From contig OW569370.1 in NCBI GenBank assembly GCA_937625935.1, forward strand, positions 423,224-487,223: a DNA stretch of 64,000 nt, written 5' to 3'. Every line of letters begins with the position of its first letter. Position 1 is the first letter of the stretch. Below, one piece after another: positions 45,301 through 56,191 of the stretch. The DNA is from Tetramitus jugosus (lineage: Eukaryota; Protista; Heterolobosea). Both the position numbers and the translations under genes were made by a program. The notes under the pieces were generated by a model, which was not told the origin of the DNA, ran no database searches, and worked only from the letters and a program-made list of their open reading frames with translations.

Positions 45301-45385
45301 TCTGCCTAGTTGTGCGACTAGCCGTTCAAAAGCAAACTATAAAGTCAAATGATTGTTTCTATTTACATTGCTCGTTTATTCATTA

Positions 45386-47251
45386 TCAGGTCGAGTCTGT
45401 TGAGGTTGAGCCTGTGGATATTACTTGTAGCATTGCCATTGAACGGTAGATTCCATTCTCCATTACCATTAATTCCTCATGAGTGCCCTTCTCTTTCAGG
45501 ACACCCTTTTCCAGCACGCAGATAGCATCACAATGTACAATCGTACTTAGCCGATGGGCAATAATAATGGTAGTTCTTCCCTTCATGAGGATATTGAGTG
45601 CTTCTTGAACTAAGCTCTCAGACTTGGTATCCAGAGCTGAAGTAGCCTCATCCAGTAACAGAAGAGAAGGATTCTGAATCATGGCTCTTGCAATTGCAAT
45701 ACGTTGTTTTTGTCCTCCTGAAAGAGATACACCACGTTCTCCCAGAACAGTTTCATACTGATCTGGAAGAGCCATGATGAAATCATGCGCATTGGCATTT
45801 CTTGCTGCTTGATGAATCTCTTCTTCACTGATTTCACTGACTCCATCAATCGCATACTCTATATTCTTTCGAATTGAGGTCGCAAATAGCGTTGGTTCCT
45901 GAGTGACAATACCAATGTTTCTGTGAATCCATCTGGAATCAATAGTTGTCAAGTTCGCCCCATCCAGCAGAATCTCTCCAGAGTTGGGCAAGTAGAACTT
46001 TTCCATCAGGCCTACTATCGTCGACTTGCCTGATCCCGACGGACCTACGAGGGCCACAGTCATACCTGGTGTGACGGTGAGATTGAAATCTTTGAGTGCT
46101 TGAACATTGGGACGTGTTGGATAACAAAATGTGACCTGTTTGAACTCAATGTGTCCTTCAATCTTGTTTGGTGTGATTTCACCCTTACCTCCTTCAGTGT
46201 TAAACTCTGGGACACGTTTGATGACCTTGAGTATCGTGTCGATTGGTGCTTTGCTCTTTGTAATGCCTTGCAGTGTATCGGCACCTTGTTGTAATCCTTC
46301 CATGGACATAATAACGAAACCAAACACTCTGAAAAAGTCAACAAGAGTCATTTCTCCCTTGTTAACGAGCTTACTGCCGTACCATGTCCCTAGAGCTGCC
46401 AGAGCCCAGATAGTGAAAGTGGTTCCAAACATTGCTATTCCAACGACAATGGCCTTCAAAAAGTAGGTCAATTGTGCTCTTTGCAAGTAGTTGGAGTATT
46501 TTTTACGAGATCTCTCCTCTCCGTCCATTGATCTCACTGTTCTGATGGACCCAATAACTTCATTCATCATGCTTGCGGCATTAGTTGAAAAAGATGCTGT
46601 TCTCTTTGAGAAGACTTCAAAACATACACCAGTAATACCTGCTGCCACCGCAATGAGAGGTATCGATGACAACATAACCAAGGTCAGTTTCCATCCATAA
46701 ATGAAGGACAATACAAGACCGAGAATTACTGAACACAAGTTCTTAGATAACGTTGCTAACTTTTCTGAATAGGCAGTAGCAATTGACGATAAATGTTCAG
46801 AAATCTCTGACATGATGCCTCCCACTTTCTTTCTATCGAAGTAGCCAATTTCTTGCTTGGTAATCGAGTTGAAGTATGCAACTTTTAACCTGACTTCAAT
46901 TCGATCATGGGCAAGAGAAGAACCAGCGCTTTTCAACGTGGCCGCCACTGCACCACCGATAGACACCCAAACAAGTTTCAACGCTGTCGCATTGGCATCC
47001 TTCTGGGCCAAACTTCCTGACATTTGACTCAACACTGATGCAAACACTAGATAGAACAAATGTAAAGTTGCTCCGTCACCAGCTCCACCAATCATGGCAA
47101 TGACTATCCATGGAACTTCCCAGAAAATGTATCTCCATAATTGAATAGACCCCAGAATAATTCTTGGTTCTTGAGGGTCTGGAACCTCGTCAGTGTCTGT
47201 TATCACTCTTTGTTCGTCTTCTTTCTCTTCAAGCTTTTCACTGGAGTCCAT
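45386..47251 (-). CDS. ABCB-family half transporter (TMD + NBD)
   Basis: Walker A GPSGSGKST, signature LSGGQKQRIAIARA, Walker B LLLLDEATSALD, H-loop IAHRLST. Confidence 0.95.
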   Translation of the reverse strand: MDSSEKLEEKEDEQRVITDTDEVPDPQEPRIILGSIQLWRYIFWEVPWIVIAMIGGAGDGATLHLFYLVFASVLSQMSGSLAQKDANATALKLVWVSIGGAVAATLKSAGSSLAHDRIEVRLKVAYFNSITKQEIGYFDRKKVGGIMSEISEHLSSIATAYSEKLATLSKNLCSVILGLVLSFIYGWKLTLVMLSSIPLIAVAAGITGVCFEVFSKRTASFSTNAASMMNEVIGSIRTVRSMDGEERSRKKYSNYLQRAQLTYFLKAIVVGIAMFGTTFTIWALAALGTWYGSKLVNKGEMTLVDFFRVFGFVIMSMEGLQQGADTLQGITKSKAPIDTILKVIKRVPEFNTEGGKGEITPNKIEGHIEFKQVTFCYPTRPNVQALKDFNLTVTPGMTVALVGPSGSGKSTIVGLMEKFYLPNSGEILLDGANLTTIDSRWIHRNIGIVTQEPTLFATSIRKNIEYAIDGVSEISEEEIHQAARNANAHDFIMALPDQYETVLGERGVSLSGGQKQRIAIARAMIQNPSLLLLDEATSALDTKSESLVQEALNILMKGRTTIIIAHRLSTIVHCDAICVLEKGVLKEKGTHEELMVMENGIYRSMAMLQVISTGSTSTDST

Positions 47252-47987
47252 TGTCTGTTTCTAGCGGTCTTGGGTTTCTTGCTGGAAGTTCAAAGCATTT
47301 CCTTTTAACCATGAGACACAGCCTCGAATTTCGAGATCACCTCGTATTACGAGGACGGAGAATTCTCATACCCGAGGAATAGGATTGTAAAAACCAAGAA
47401 TTGTCCACGGAACTAGTTCAATGGAAAGGTTGGACCCTTGGTGAAATAGTCCGACAGGTCATTCCTGCTCCTTGCATCAGGGCTTACAACAACGACTTCA
47501 AGAACCAAAAAAAAGCCAATTTGTCACAACTTACAGCTACCTTCGGCCCACCACGAGATTTGTGACTTCGTTTGGCCTCTCCCTGCCAATCGAATGATTT
47601 TTCTTGAGAGGATGGATGTCTCAGGTAACCTTGTCTGACTTGTCTATAATATTCAAAAAGGAAAACCACTGTGCACTTGGTCTTAGTGGTGCCAAGAAGA
47701 GAAAAACGAAGGTTTACACCATGTGACTTGGTGGTCATTACTGCAAGTGTGAGAAGAAACTCATTGTTCATGCGAGCCAACCATGATAGGCCTATGTTTT
47801 TTTCGCTGTTTCCAATGGTTGATCCGGATTCCCCCGCGATTTGTGATTTTGAACTTTTGACTTGGAACACACAAGTGAGGTCTCAAACACAATATACACA
47901 TATACATAGCTCGCGTTTTCTTGTCCATCACGCTCACAAATGGTCTCCTCTTATTGTTGTTCCGTACTAGTACCACCACAACATTTG

Positions 47988-50900
47988 ATGAAAATGTTCT
48001 TTTTGGTACTGTTGTCGCTTGTTGTTGTGACTACTGTCGAGGCAAAAATTGCATCCTCCTCTCTCTATACGTGGACGAGACAAAGTCAACATCCCCTGCC
48101 CTTCCATAACTGTCGGTGTCATGCAAAATGAATGGATCACTCATGTGGCTGCTGGACATAGTCACACAGTTGTTCTGGCTGACAATGGAAAGATTTTCAC
48201 GTGGGGTGACAACACATATGGCCAATTGGGAGATCAGTCAAACATTGATCGAAAACAACCTGTGGCCATTGCGTTGACTCACTTGTACAAGGATCGCAAG
48301 TTTATTCAAATTTCAGCTGGTTCCTGGCACAACTTGGCACTGTCGAATAGTGGTGAAGTTTTCTCTTGGGGGTACAATCAATTTGGTCAGTTGGGAATTG
48401 ATGAAGAAAGTACGAATGCAAACTATCCTCGTGTTGTATCATTGTTCGGGCCGGCACCCTCAACCCCAGTGATTCAAGTTTCAGCTGGTCGAATACACTC
48501 GATGGCTCTGACAAGTGATGGTCGCGTATTCTGTTGGGGTAGTAACTTGCGGGGTCAGCTTGGATCCGATTCGACCATCCAGTTTTCCAATGTGCCTACT
48601 AGGGCATTAACTGATGAAAAAATTGTTCAAATCTCTGGAGGTTTGTGGCACTCTGTTGCCTTGACAGCCAATGGAGTCATTTTGACTTGGGGCAATAACG
48701 CGAATGGTCAACTCGGGCGAATTGACTCCAATACTAGAGTTCCAAATCCTGTCAGTCCCACTGGAGCTTTGACTGGTGCCAATATTACTCAAATCTCAGC
48801 GGGCGACTTACACACTGTGTCGTTAACAAATGATGGTAGAGTCATCTCGTGGGGAAGCAACAATTGTGGTCAATTGGGAGATAATACTCTAGATTCGACC
48901 AATTCCGGCCCAGTACCAATATATATGGAAGGTGTGACAAAAGGAAAAACATTTGTCCACGTCGCAGCAGGTACAGATTATACGTTAGCTGTCTCGAGTC
49001 AAGGTACGATTTATGCTTGGGGGCGTAGTGACCAGGGCCAACTAGGATGTGACGGACCAACTTCCTTCATGAGGCTCGCTCCTGTCGCTGTAAGTACTAA
49101 TGGGACTTTAAGCAAGAGTGCTCTAGATGTGTCAGCAGGCGATGATCATTCGGTGGCAGTAACCACGGATGGAAAGGTATATTCATGGGGTAATAATCAA
49201 TTCGGAAAGTTAGGCAGTGGTGAGACTATTGGATCGAGGCCCGTTCCAGGAGATGTGGATACAAAGGGAATTCTTGATGGCCAAACCATTACAAATATCT
49301 TTGCCTCAGCACAACACACAATCGTTTTAACGAACGAAAATAAGCTCTATGGTTGGGGCAAGAATAATTGTGGTCAATTGGGGGATGGAACAATTGTTGA
49401 CCAAAGATTTTTTGTTGCTGTGGACATGAGTAAGGTGTTACTTGGTAGAACTATATCACAAATTGCTCTTGGTCAGAGCTTCTCAGTTGCATTAGACACA
49501 GAAGGAAGAGTATATAGCTGGGGTTGCAATTATTTTGGTCAGTTAGGTATTGGTACTCTGAGAAACTCGTTACTTCCAACGCATGTTAACATGGATACTC
49601 TCTATGCTGGAATGATCGTAATGTCTGTTGCAGTTGGTATGCATCATACGGTTGTGATTGACAATGGTGGTAAATTGTATTCATGGGGTGTAAATTCTCA
49701 AGGGCAGCTCGGTGATGGGAGTACACAACCAAAGATGTCGCCTGTGGCAGTCAGTACACCGGGCATACTACGGTCGAAGAACTTTACTCAAATTGTCGCA
49801 GGAGACTTCCATACAGTTGCATTAACAAGTGATGGAATGAGTTATGCTTGGGGTAGTAATGCTGATGGTCAGCTTGGAACTGATTCGAATAGCGATGAAC
49901 ACATTCCCGTACTCATGAGTAACAGCAATGGAACAGTTACAATGATTGGCGCTTCACAATTGCGTACAGTTCTCTCAACTAATGATGGCGTTGTTCATGT
50001 TTGGGGAGGTAATTCTCGCTATACTCAACATAGGGAATTGGTAAACGACAAAATAACACGGCTTGTTACGGGGAGTACTGGTATTGTCGCTGTGACTAAT
50101 GATTCACGTGTGTTTGCTTGGGACACGGATTTTTACAATGTAAACCTTACCAACGTTGATCCAACTCAATACATTTCTCAAGCATATGTGACTTCAACCG
50201 GGAAAAGTTGTATTCTTGGAGTGACCTGTGTGAGTGGGTATTTTGGACAAAATTGTGAATCATTCTATTGCCATAATGTAACACACGATAGTAATGGTGT
50301 TTGCTCAGGAAACGGAAATTGTGTGTCTCTGAATACATGTAAATGTGGAGCGAGATTCGCTGGTGATGATTGCTCCGCTCCCCTTTGCTTTGGATATCCG
50401 GGCAATAGCCGTACTGTTTGTTCGTCGAGGGGAAAGTGTATAGCACCAAACGAGTGTGTTTGTCCTCGAGGCTATTATGGAGAGACATGTTCTATTAACC
50501 TTGATTTTCTCGCGTTGTTGTCACTTCTGATCATTCCTTTTACGGCACTGTTAGTGGTGCTAATCATATTCGCTACCTATATTGCAAGACGGGTGAAGAA
50601 GGATAAGAAGATTGAATCAGATCTTCGAGCATGCTTACTCGAAGAAATGACTGATTTTGAGAATATTAATGATATGGCATTGTTCATTGATATGAAGGAT
50701 ATCAAGTTGATCAGTCGTCTGTCTGAAGGAGCCGCAGGAGTCGTGTTCAAAGGAAAGTGGAAGAGTAATTTGGTTGCTGTGAAAAAGATGAAAGTTCCAG
50801 ATGATGAGTCATTTCTGAAGGAAATATCGATTCTTCAAAGTTTAAGACATCCCAACATTCTTTATCTATACGGGTATTCTTCTAATGATGCTGGAGACAA

Positions 50901-51684
50901 GTTTTTGATCACTGAATATGCAACTCAAGGTAGTTTGGACAAGGTACTCTATGCAAAGGATCCTCTCAGAGATTTTAATAAGAAAATGGACATTTTATGT
51001 CAAATTGCTGATACAATGAGTTATCTACATGGTAGAAGTCCTCGAATTGTTCACAGAGATTTAAAACCTCAGAATGTGTTGATTGATGAAGCGGGAAACG
51101 TACGTATTTGCGACTTTGGATTGAGCAAAACTGTTAACACTGCATTTACGACTGGAGTTTCATATGGAACAATTGGTATGTGAATAATTTTGACCCTTTG
51201 TTGTGTACATGAACAAGATGACTCACTTTATCTGATGTATTCATTAACAGAATACACTGCTCCTGAGTTGCTAACACGGAATGGACATGATGAAAAGTGT
51301 GATGTTTACAGTTTTGGCATCATGATGCACGAACTATTTATTGTGGAGCATCCATATTCTCGTGAACAAGACTCTCTGGCAATTTTCTCTCTTGGCATTG
51401 AGATTGTGAATAGTGGATTAAGACCTTCCATTCCTTTCACAGTATCAACATCATCTTCTGTGAGTGGAATTGTTAACACATTGGACATACCAGACGAGTA
51501 TATTGTGAATGAATTCTTTACAAGGGGTAACGACACGCAAATCAACGCTGCGACCAGCATACCTGCTCTTGTCGAATCCTATTATGCGTTAGCAACGAGA
51601 TGCTGGGATACTAATCCCGCGAGAAGACCTCAGTTTGAGGATATATCTACCATCTTGTATCAAATTCGATCGTCTCTCTTGTAA
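47988..51684 (+). CDS. Receptor-like kinase: RCC1 repeats-EGF-TM-TKL kinase; intron 51176-51250; frameshift after the signal peptide (possible pseudogene)
   Basis: About a dozen WG.N..GQLG repeats, EGF modules, TM at ~50500-50580, kinase VAVKK/HRDLKPQN/DFG, and spliced GTIEYTAPE. The signal peptide MKMFFLVLLSLVVV is out of frame with the main ORF. Confidence 0.85.
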
Positions 51685-51785
51685 TTGAATTGAGTGGGCC
51701 TATTCTGAAGGAAAGATTCCAATTTGGTTATCGAAATCATCTCATGTAGGGTGTTGGATGACATAGCACGGGGGTGTTCTATAGG

Positions 51786-53960
51786 TTAACACACGACACA
51801 CTTCTTTTCTTTTCTACCAGAGGAGTTGTTCAAATGAAGACCCATTAGAGAACTCTTGGCAAGCATTTCATAAAATTCTGTTCCACAGTTGAGACCGTTG
51901 AGTGCACTCGTTTCAGTGTACATGAGACAGTTGTGATGTTTGGCCATTGCTTCGCCCTCCTCTACGGTTATGGGCTCCAAGCTCTTTGCTCTGAGATTTG
52001 CTAGCATTTCTGAAGAATTTCTTAGATCAACTTTGGTGCCCATGAGCACAACGACTGCTTGAGGACAATGATGCATCAATTCAGGCAACCACTTGGTTGC
52101 TACATTTTCAAAACTGCATATGCTGACCACAGAGAAACACAATAGGAAAACATTTGTGCATGGATAGCTGAGTGGTCTGAGTCTATCATATTCCTCAGGT
52201 CCTGCCGTGTCCCAAAAGGCAACATTTCTTGTACCATACCAACCAACGGTCGAAGTATAATTATCGAACACTGTGGGAATGTATTCGTATGGAAAGGCGC
52301 CTGTGACTGCTCGAATCAACAAAGAAGTTTTTCCCGTGGCTCCATCTCCAACAACCACAACTTTGATATTACCTTGAGCCTTCATGGTATATGTTCCAGC
52401 ATCGTTGGGATCATAGGTTCCAAAAAATTGTTCATGAGACTTCTGCGATTTGAATTTGCTGTAGAAAGCGTTCAGGCCACCCATACCGTAGTACTTGTGG
52501 GTACAGTAGCTCAAAACAGGTGATCTTGACTGGATAGAAGCAATTCGTTTCGAAACCAGTTTGGCCATGTACTGAATATGAGCCTTTCTCAGAATCAATA
52601 ACTTGTTTCTATAGTTGGCCGCATCAGCGATTCGTCCTGAGGCATCGTTCAAAACTGGTTCATACTTTGGATGATTGATAACAGAGTGGAACACAGATGT
52701 CCAGAGCAGGTTGTGTTCAGTCAGTTCGAAAAACTTCCATGTTTTGGAAACGAGTCGAATGTTCATCCAGTCACGCATTTTCAAAAAGGATAGAATAACA
52801 AGTGCTGCATCGCTTGGCAGTTGGTGAATGAGATCAATGACATTCTGATCGATGAGTGCCTTCTTTTTCTCTTGACTGACAGGAGAAACAGCTGTTTGTT
52901 CAGTGGTGATGATTTTGGTTGTGCCTCCAAAGAATACAACAGAGAAATCGGCTTCAGTATCCTTATTTAGACCATAGATGACACTGGCTGTGCAGTAGAA
53001 AGGAGAACACTGCACAACAGATGGATCAACAACGTAGTCATCTACTGGAGGAGACATGTCACACATCTGACCAGATGTGTCTGTGATGATACCTTGAGTT
53101 AAGTCCTTGTTCAGAGTGACAAAGAATGACTCCTTGAACAGATTTTTGTTACTCGCACAGCCTCCAACAATGTGCAAATGATATTCTTCATGATTCTCAT
53201 CATGGTGATTCACCAAGAAAGAAGCATGACCATATCTTGCAAATGTAGCTTTCCAGGAGTCTTGAATGTTCACTTGATGCCATTGCTGATTCTCAACATC
53301 AATCACAGTCAAATCAGCCAAGATGTCACGTTTGCCATTCGTTCCTCCATGAATCAACAGAAAACGATTGTCCAATGCAAGCATCGTATGATGGAAACGT
53401 CCTTCCAGATGAAAACTATCACTGCCATTGACCTGTAAAGCAATAGATCTCCATTGTAGCGTATCCAGATTTAAAGCAAATAAATCATTGCAACAATAGC
53501 CATTGTGATCATAACCACCAAACACAAACATTTCATTGTTGATCATGGCAGCAGTCTGTGCATATCGATTGGACGGAGCATTACTGTCTGTCCCATTCTC
53601 ATTCGTGGTATTCAATCTTGTCCATGAATTGGCTACGGGGTCATACATGTGCACATCAGAAAAGTAGCCATTGCTCTTTCCACCGAATACATAGAGGCAA
53701 TCATTGTAAACAACAGAGGAGTGAAAGTTACGCATGGAAGCCACTCCAGTACTTGGTTCAATCTTTGTCAGGCTGCTGTGAGGAATGGCAGTTGTCATCG
53801 TATTTGGCAAAGCACAAGATGCATCCACATCATACTTGAGCAAATCATTGGAAGTTGTCAATTGTTTACTGTTGTCATCCAACAGAAGACCACCAAAAAT
53901 GTAAATACTGTGACCAACGACACTGCTTGAGTGACCATAACGAGAGTGAGACAAAGGCAT
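51786..53960 (-). CDS. Kelch repeats + F-box + Rho/Rac GTPase fusion with C-terminal CaaX-like KKCVVC
   Basis: Kelch blades (RYGHSS..IYIFGG, RNFHSS..LYVFGG, RYAQTA..FVFGG). F-box LPSDAALVILSFL..IRLVSKTW. GTPase GDGATGKT, YIPTVFDNY, DTAGPEEYDRLRPLSYP, GTKVD, ETSAL. Confidence 0.9.
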   Translation of the reverse strand: MPLSHSRYGHSSSVVGHSIYIFGGLLLDDNSKQLTTSNDLLKYDVDASCALPNTMTTAIPHSSLTKIEPSTGVASMRNFHSSVVYNDCLYVFGGKSNGYFSDVHMYDPVANSWTRLNTTNENGTDSNAPSNRYAQTAAMINNEMFVFGGYDHNGYCCNDLFALNLDTLQWRSIALQVNGSDSFHLEGRFHHTMLALDNRFLLIHGGTNGKRDILADLTVIDVENQQWHQVNIQDSWKATFARYGHASFLVNHHDENHEEYHLHIVGGCASNKNLFKESFFVTLNKDLTQGIITDTSGQMCDMSPPVDDYVVDPSVVQCSPFYCTASVIYGLNKDTEADFSVVFFGGTTKIITTEQTAVSPVSQEKKKALIDQNVIDLIHQLPSDAALVILSFLKMRDWMNIRLVSKTWKFFELTEHNLLWTSVFHSVINHPKYEPVLNDASGRIADAANYRNKLLILRKAHIQYMAKLVSKRIASIQSRSPVLSYCTHKYYGMGGLNAFYSKFKSQKSHEQFFGTYDPNDAGTYTMKAQGNIKVVVVGDGATGKTSLLIRAVTGAFPYEYIPTVFDNYTSTVGWYGTRNVAFWDTAGPEEYDRLRPLSYPCTNVFLLCFSVVSICSFENVATKWLPELMHHCPQAVVVLMGTKVDLRNSSEMLANLRAKSLEPITVEEGEAMAKHHNCLMYTETSALNGLNCGTEFYEMLAKSSLMGLHLNNSSGRKEKKCVVC

Positions 53961-54189
53961 TGTTGCTATTGTGTTGTACAGTAATTTGTTCTGTTGGTTT
54001 TTGTTTCTTGGCGTTTGAGTTCCGACACTGTTCTGACAGGTGAGAAAATTACTGTTGTAGTTATTACACCAAAACAAAAACGTGATGACACCCAGAAGAA
54101 AAGTATCATTCTTACCGTATGCACTCAGTTTAACACTGTTGTATATAGGCTTCATTCTCTCGCTTTCTGCTTACTGCAGTAACATCAAT

Positions 54190-55640
54190 GTCCATGCAAC
54201 TGTGAAGCAACAAGTACGGTAAATTGGGATTGGAAGATCCAACTACACTGTGGTCATTCGATGCAACCAAGTACCTCAAGGACAGATCAGCCAAGGTATT
54301 GAGGAGCTGTGTCGTCAATCATGATTTCACCAATGATAACGAGTCGTATACTGGCAGCACAGATACACATCCGGAGTCACTGTCAATTTTGAACTCTTTC
54401 CATTCCATGGTATTCTCATTGATACCATGTTGAACGTGTAAACTTCGGGCCACGGTTCTCATGCTCATGGTACTGGTGATCGATTGATGAGCCACACAAA
54501 CTATCCATTCCAATACCTGGTCAATATCAACAGTTTGAAATTGGCTGGTGAGTTGTTAAATGATACCTCAGTGTTATCAGTGACCTGCGGTAGAGCCCAT
54601 ACACTGATTATCACTTGTCTCAACAGAGTCATTGTCTATAATTCTCAACCAAAGACTATTCAAAAGGTAACGGGGGTAATAGATACACTATTATTTTAAC
54701 AACGACTGGAAAGTTGTATGGTTGTGGTTCTGATACAAACGGTCTAACCTTAGCACTGAATCAAGTCTCCACCTATCAATACTACTTTCCTCAAGAGCTA
54801 TTGACAGGGGAATCCTATGTCGATTTCTTAAATTACATGTCAAAGAAGGAAGAAGTGGTATTGTCCCACATGGGACACATCATTCGAAGAAACTCTGATG
54901 AAATCATTCAAGCAGTGATTGATATAACGGTACGAGAGTATTCTCTTTTCCAACCACTTTGCTCTCTTTCAACAGCAACAAAAGTGGTGTTTCAACTCGC
55001 ACCACGAACCATTTTGAAATCAATGTTTGTTTTACAGCATATATTCTGGTCGAGTACACTTAGGTTGTTGACAGACCCGAGTCGAATGAGGTATCCTGAA
55101 TTGGTGTTCAACATTGACAGTACCGTGGGGAGCGGATATTTGCTGTCATCTCTTCTCCAGAGGCTAATCTCACGATGTTTAATTGTTCAAATGTTGGATG
55201 TGATCAAGACGACCATAGACACTTACAAAGCTTCTATGGCCATTAATGGTATGCAAAACTATCTTGTGTCTGCGATTGCTTATCTTCCATTCTCTCCTCT
55301 CCGAACTGACTTGATGAAGTACTTGTTGTCAAAGAATCCCGAGTTAATCACTCTCGGAGATTTGAATGGAATCATTCGTGATGATCAAAAAGATTGTCCA
55401 ATTATTCTAATGCTCCTCTCTCAACCCTACTCAGAAGAGTGTTTGGAGGATATAAAGTTCTTGGTATCAGCAGGAGCTTCACTCACACAAGTAGATAAGA
55501 ATGGAAACAATGTTTCTTCAGTGATGAAACGCTAAAAGATTATCAAACATCGCGTAGTGCTTTACTGAATATTGCCTCTGATAGTCCTCATCTCGAAACA
55601 ATCCAGTGGCTCCTGAAGAATGGCTTAGATACCGATGTGG
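54190..55640 (+). pseudogene. Fragmented RCC1-repeat / ankyrin-like gene
   Basis: Pieces in different frames: GKLGLED, SVTCGRAHTLII, YGCGSD, and ankyrin-like FLVSAGASLTQVDKNGN. Interrupted by stops; some breaks could be introns. Confidence 0.45.
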
Positions 55641-56191
55641 AATGAATGAATCAATAACAAAGAAGATACCCTCCAAATCCATATCTCCAAAATTGGAATG
55701 GAAGAGAAATGTGATTCATGTGCGTTACGACTCGTAATCTGATGCAGAAGCAGCGACACACCACCATGTTACTGTTTTTCTTGTTGTAGATGAAAAAACC
55801 GACAACGAAAAGAAAAATTTTTGTGACTCTTCGCAACAGATTTGCCGTATTACGGTATTGCCCGGGATTGGAAACGCGATTTTGCTTTTTGGATCGTTCT
55901 TGCCGAAAATATTCCAAGGGACACAATCACTTTTTCAGTCGCAAAGCCGAAACGATTAATATGGATAGTAATGATGTGATGTGGTTGGTATAGGCATTGG
56001 ATATCACTCATTGGTAATGATTGTCCCAAGATTGGGTCTTCCTCTTTTTTTGAAACTTCTCCTTGTCCCTTGACAGCTGTCGTCTGTCCTATGCAGATGA
56101 GCTCGTTGTTGATTTAAAATCGACCATCCAAAGGGTTTTGAATCGACAATAACAACAAACCAACACACTCTAATCTCATTACATACAAATC

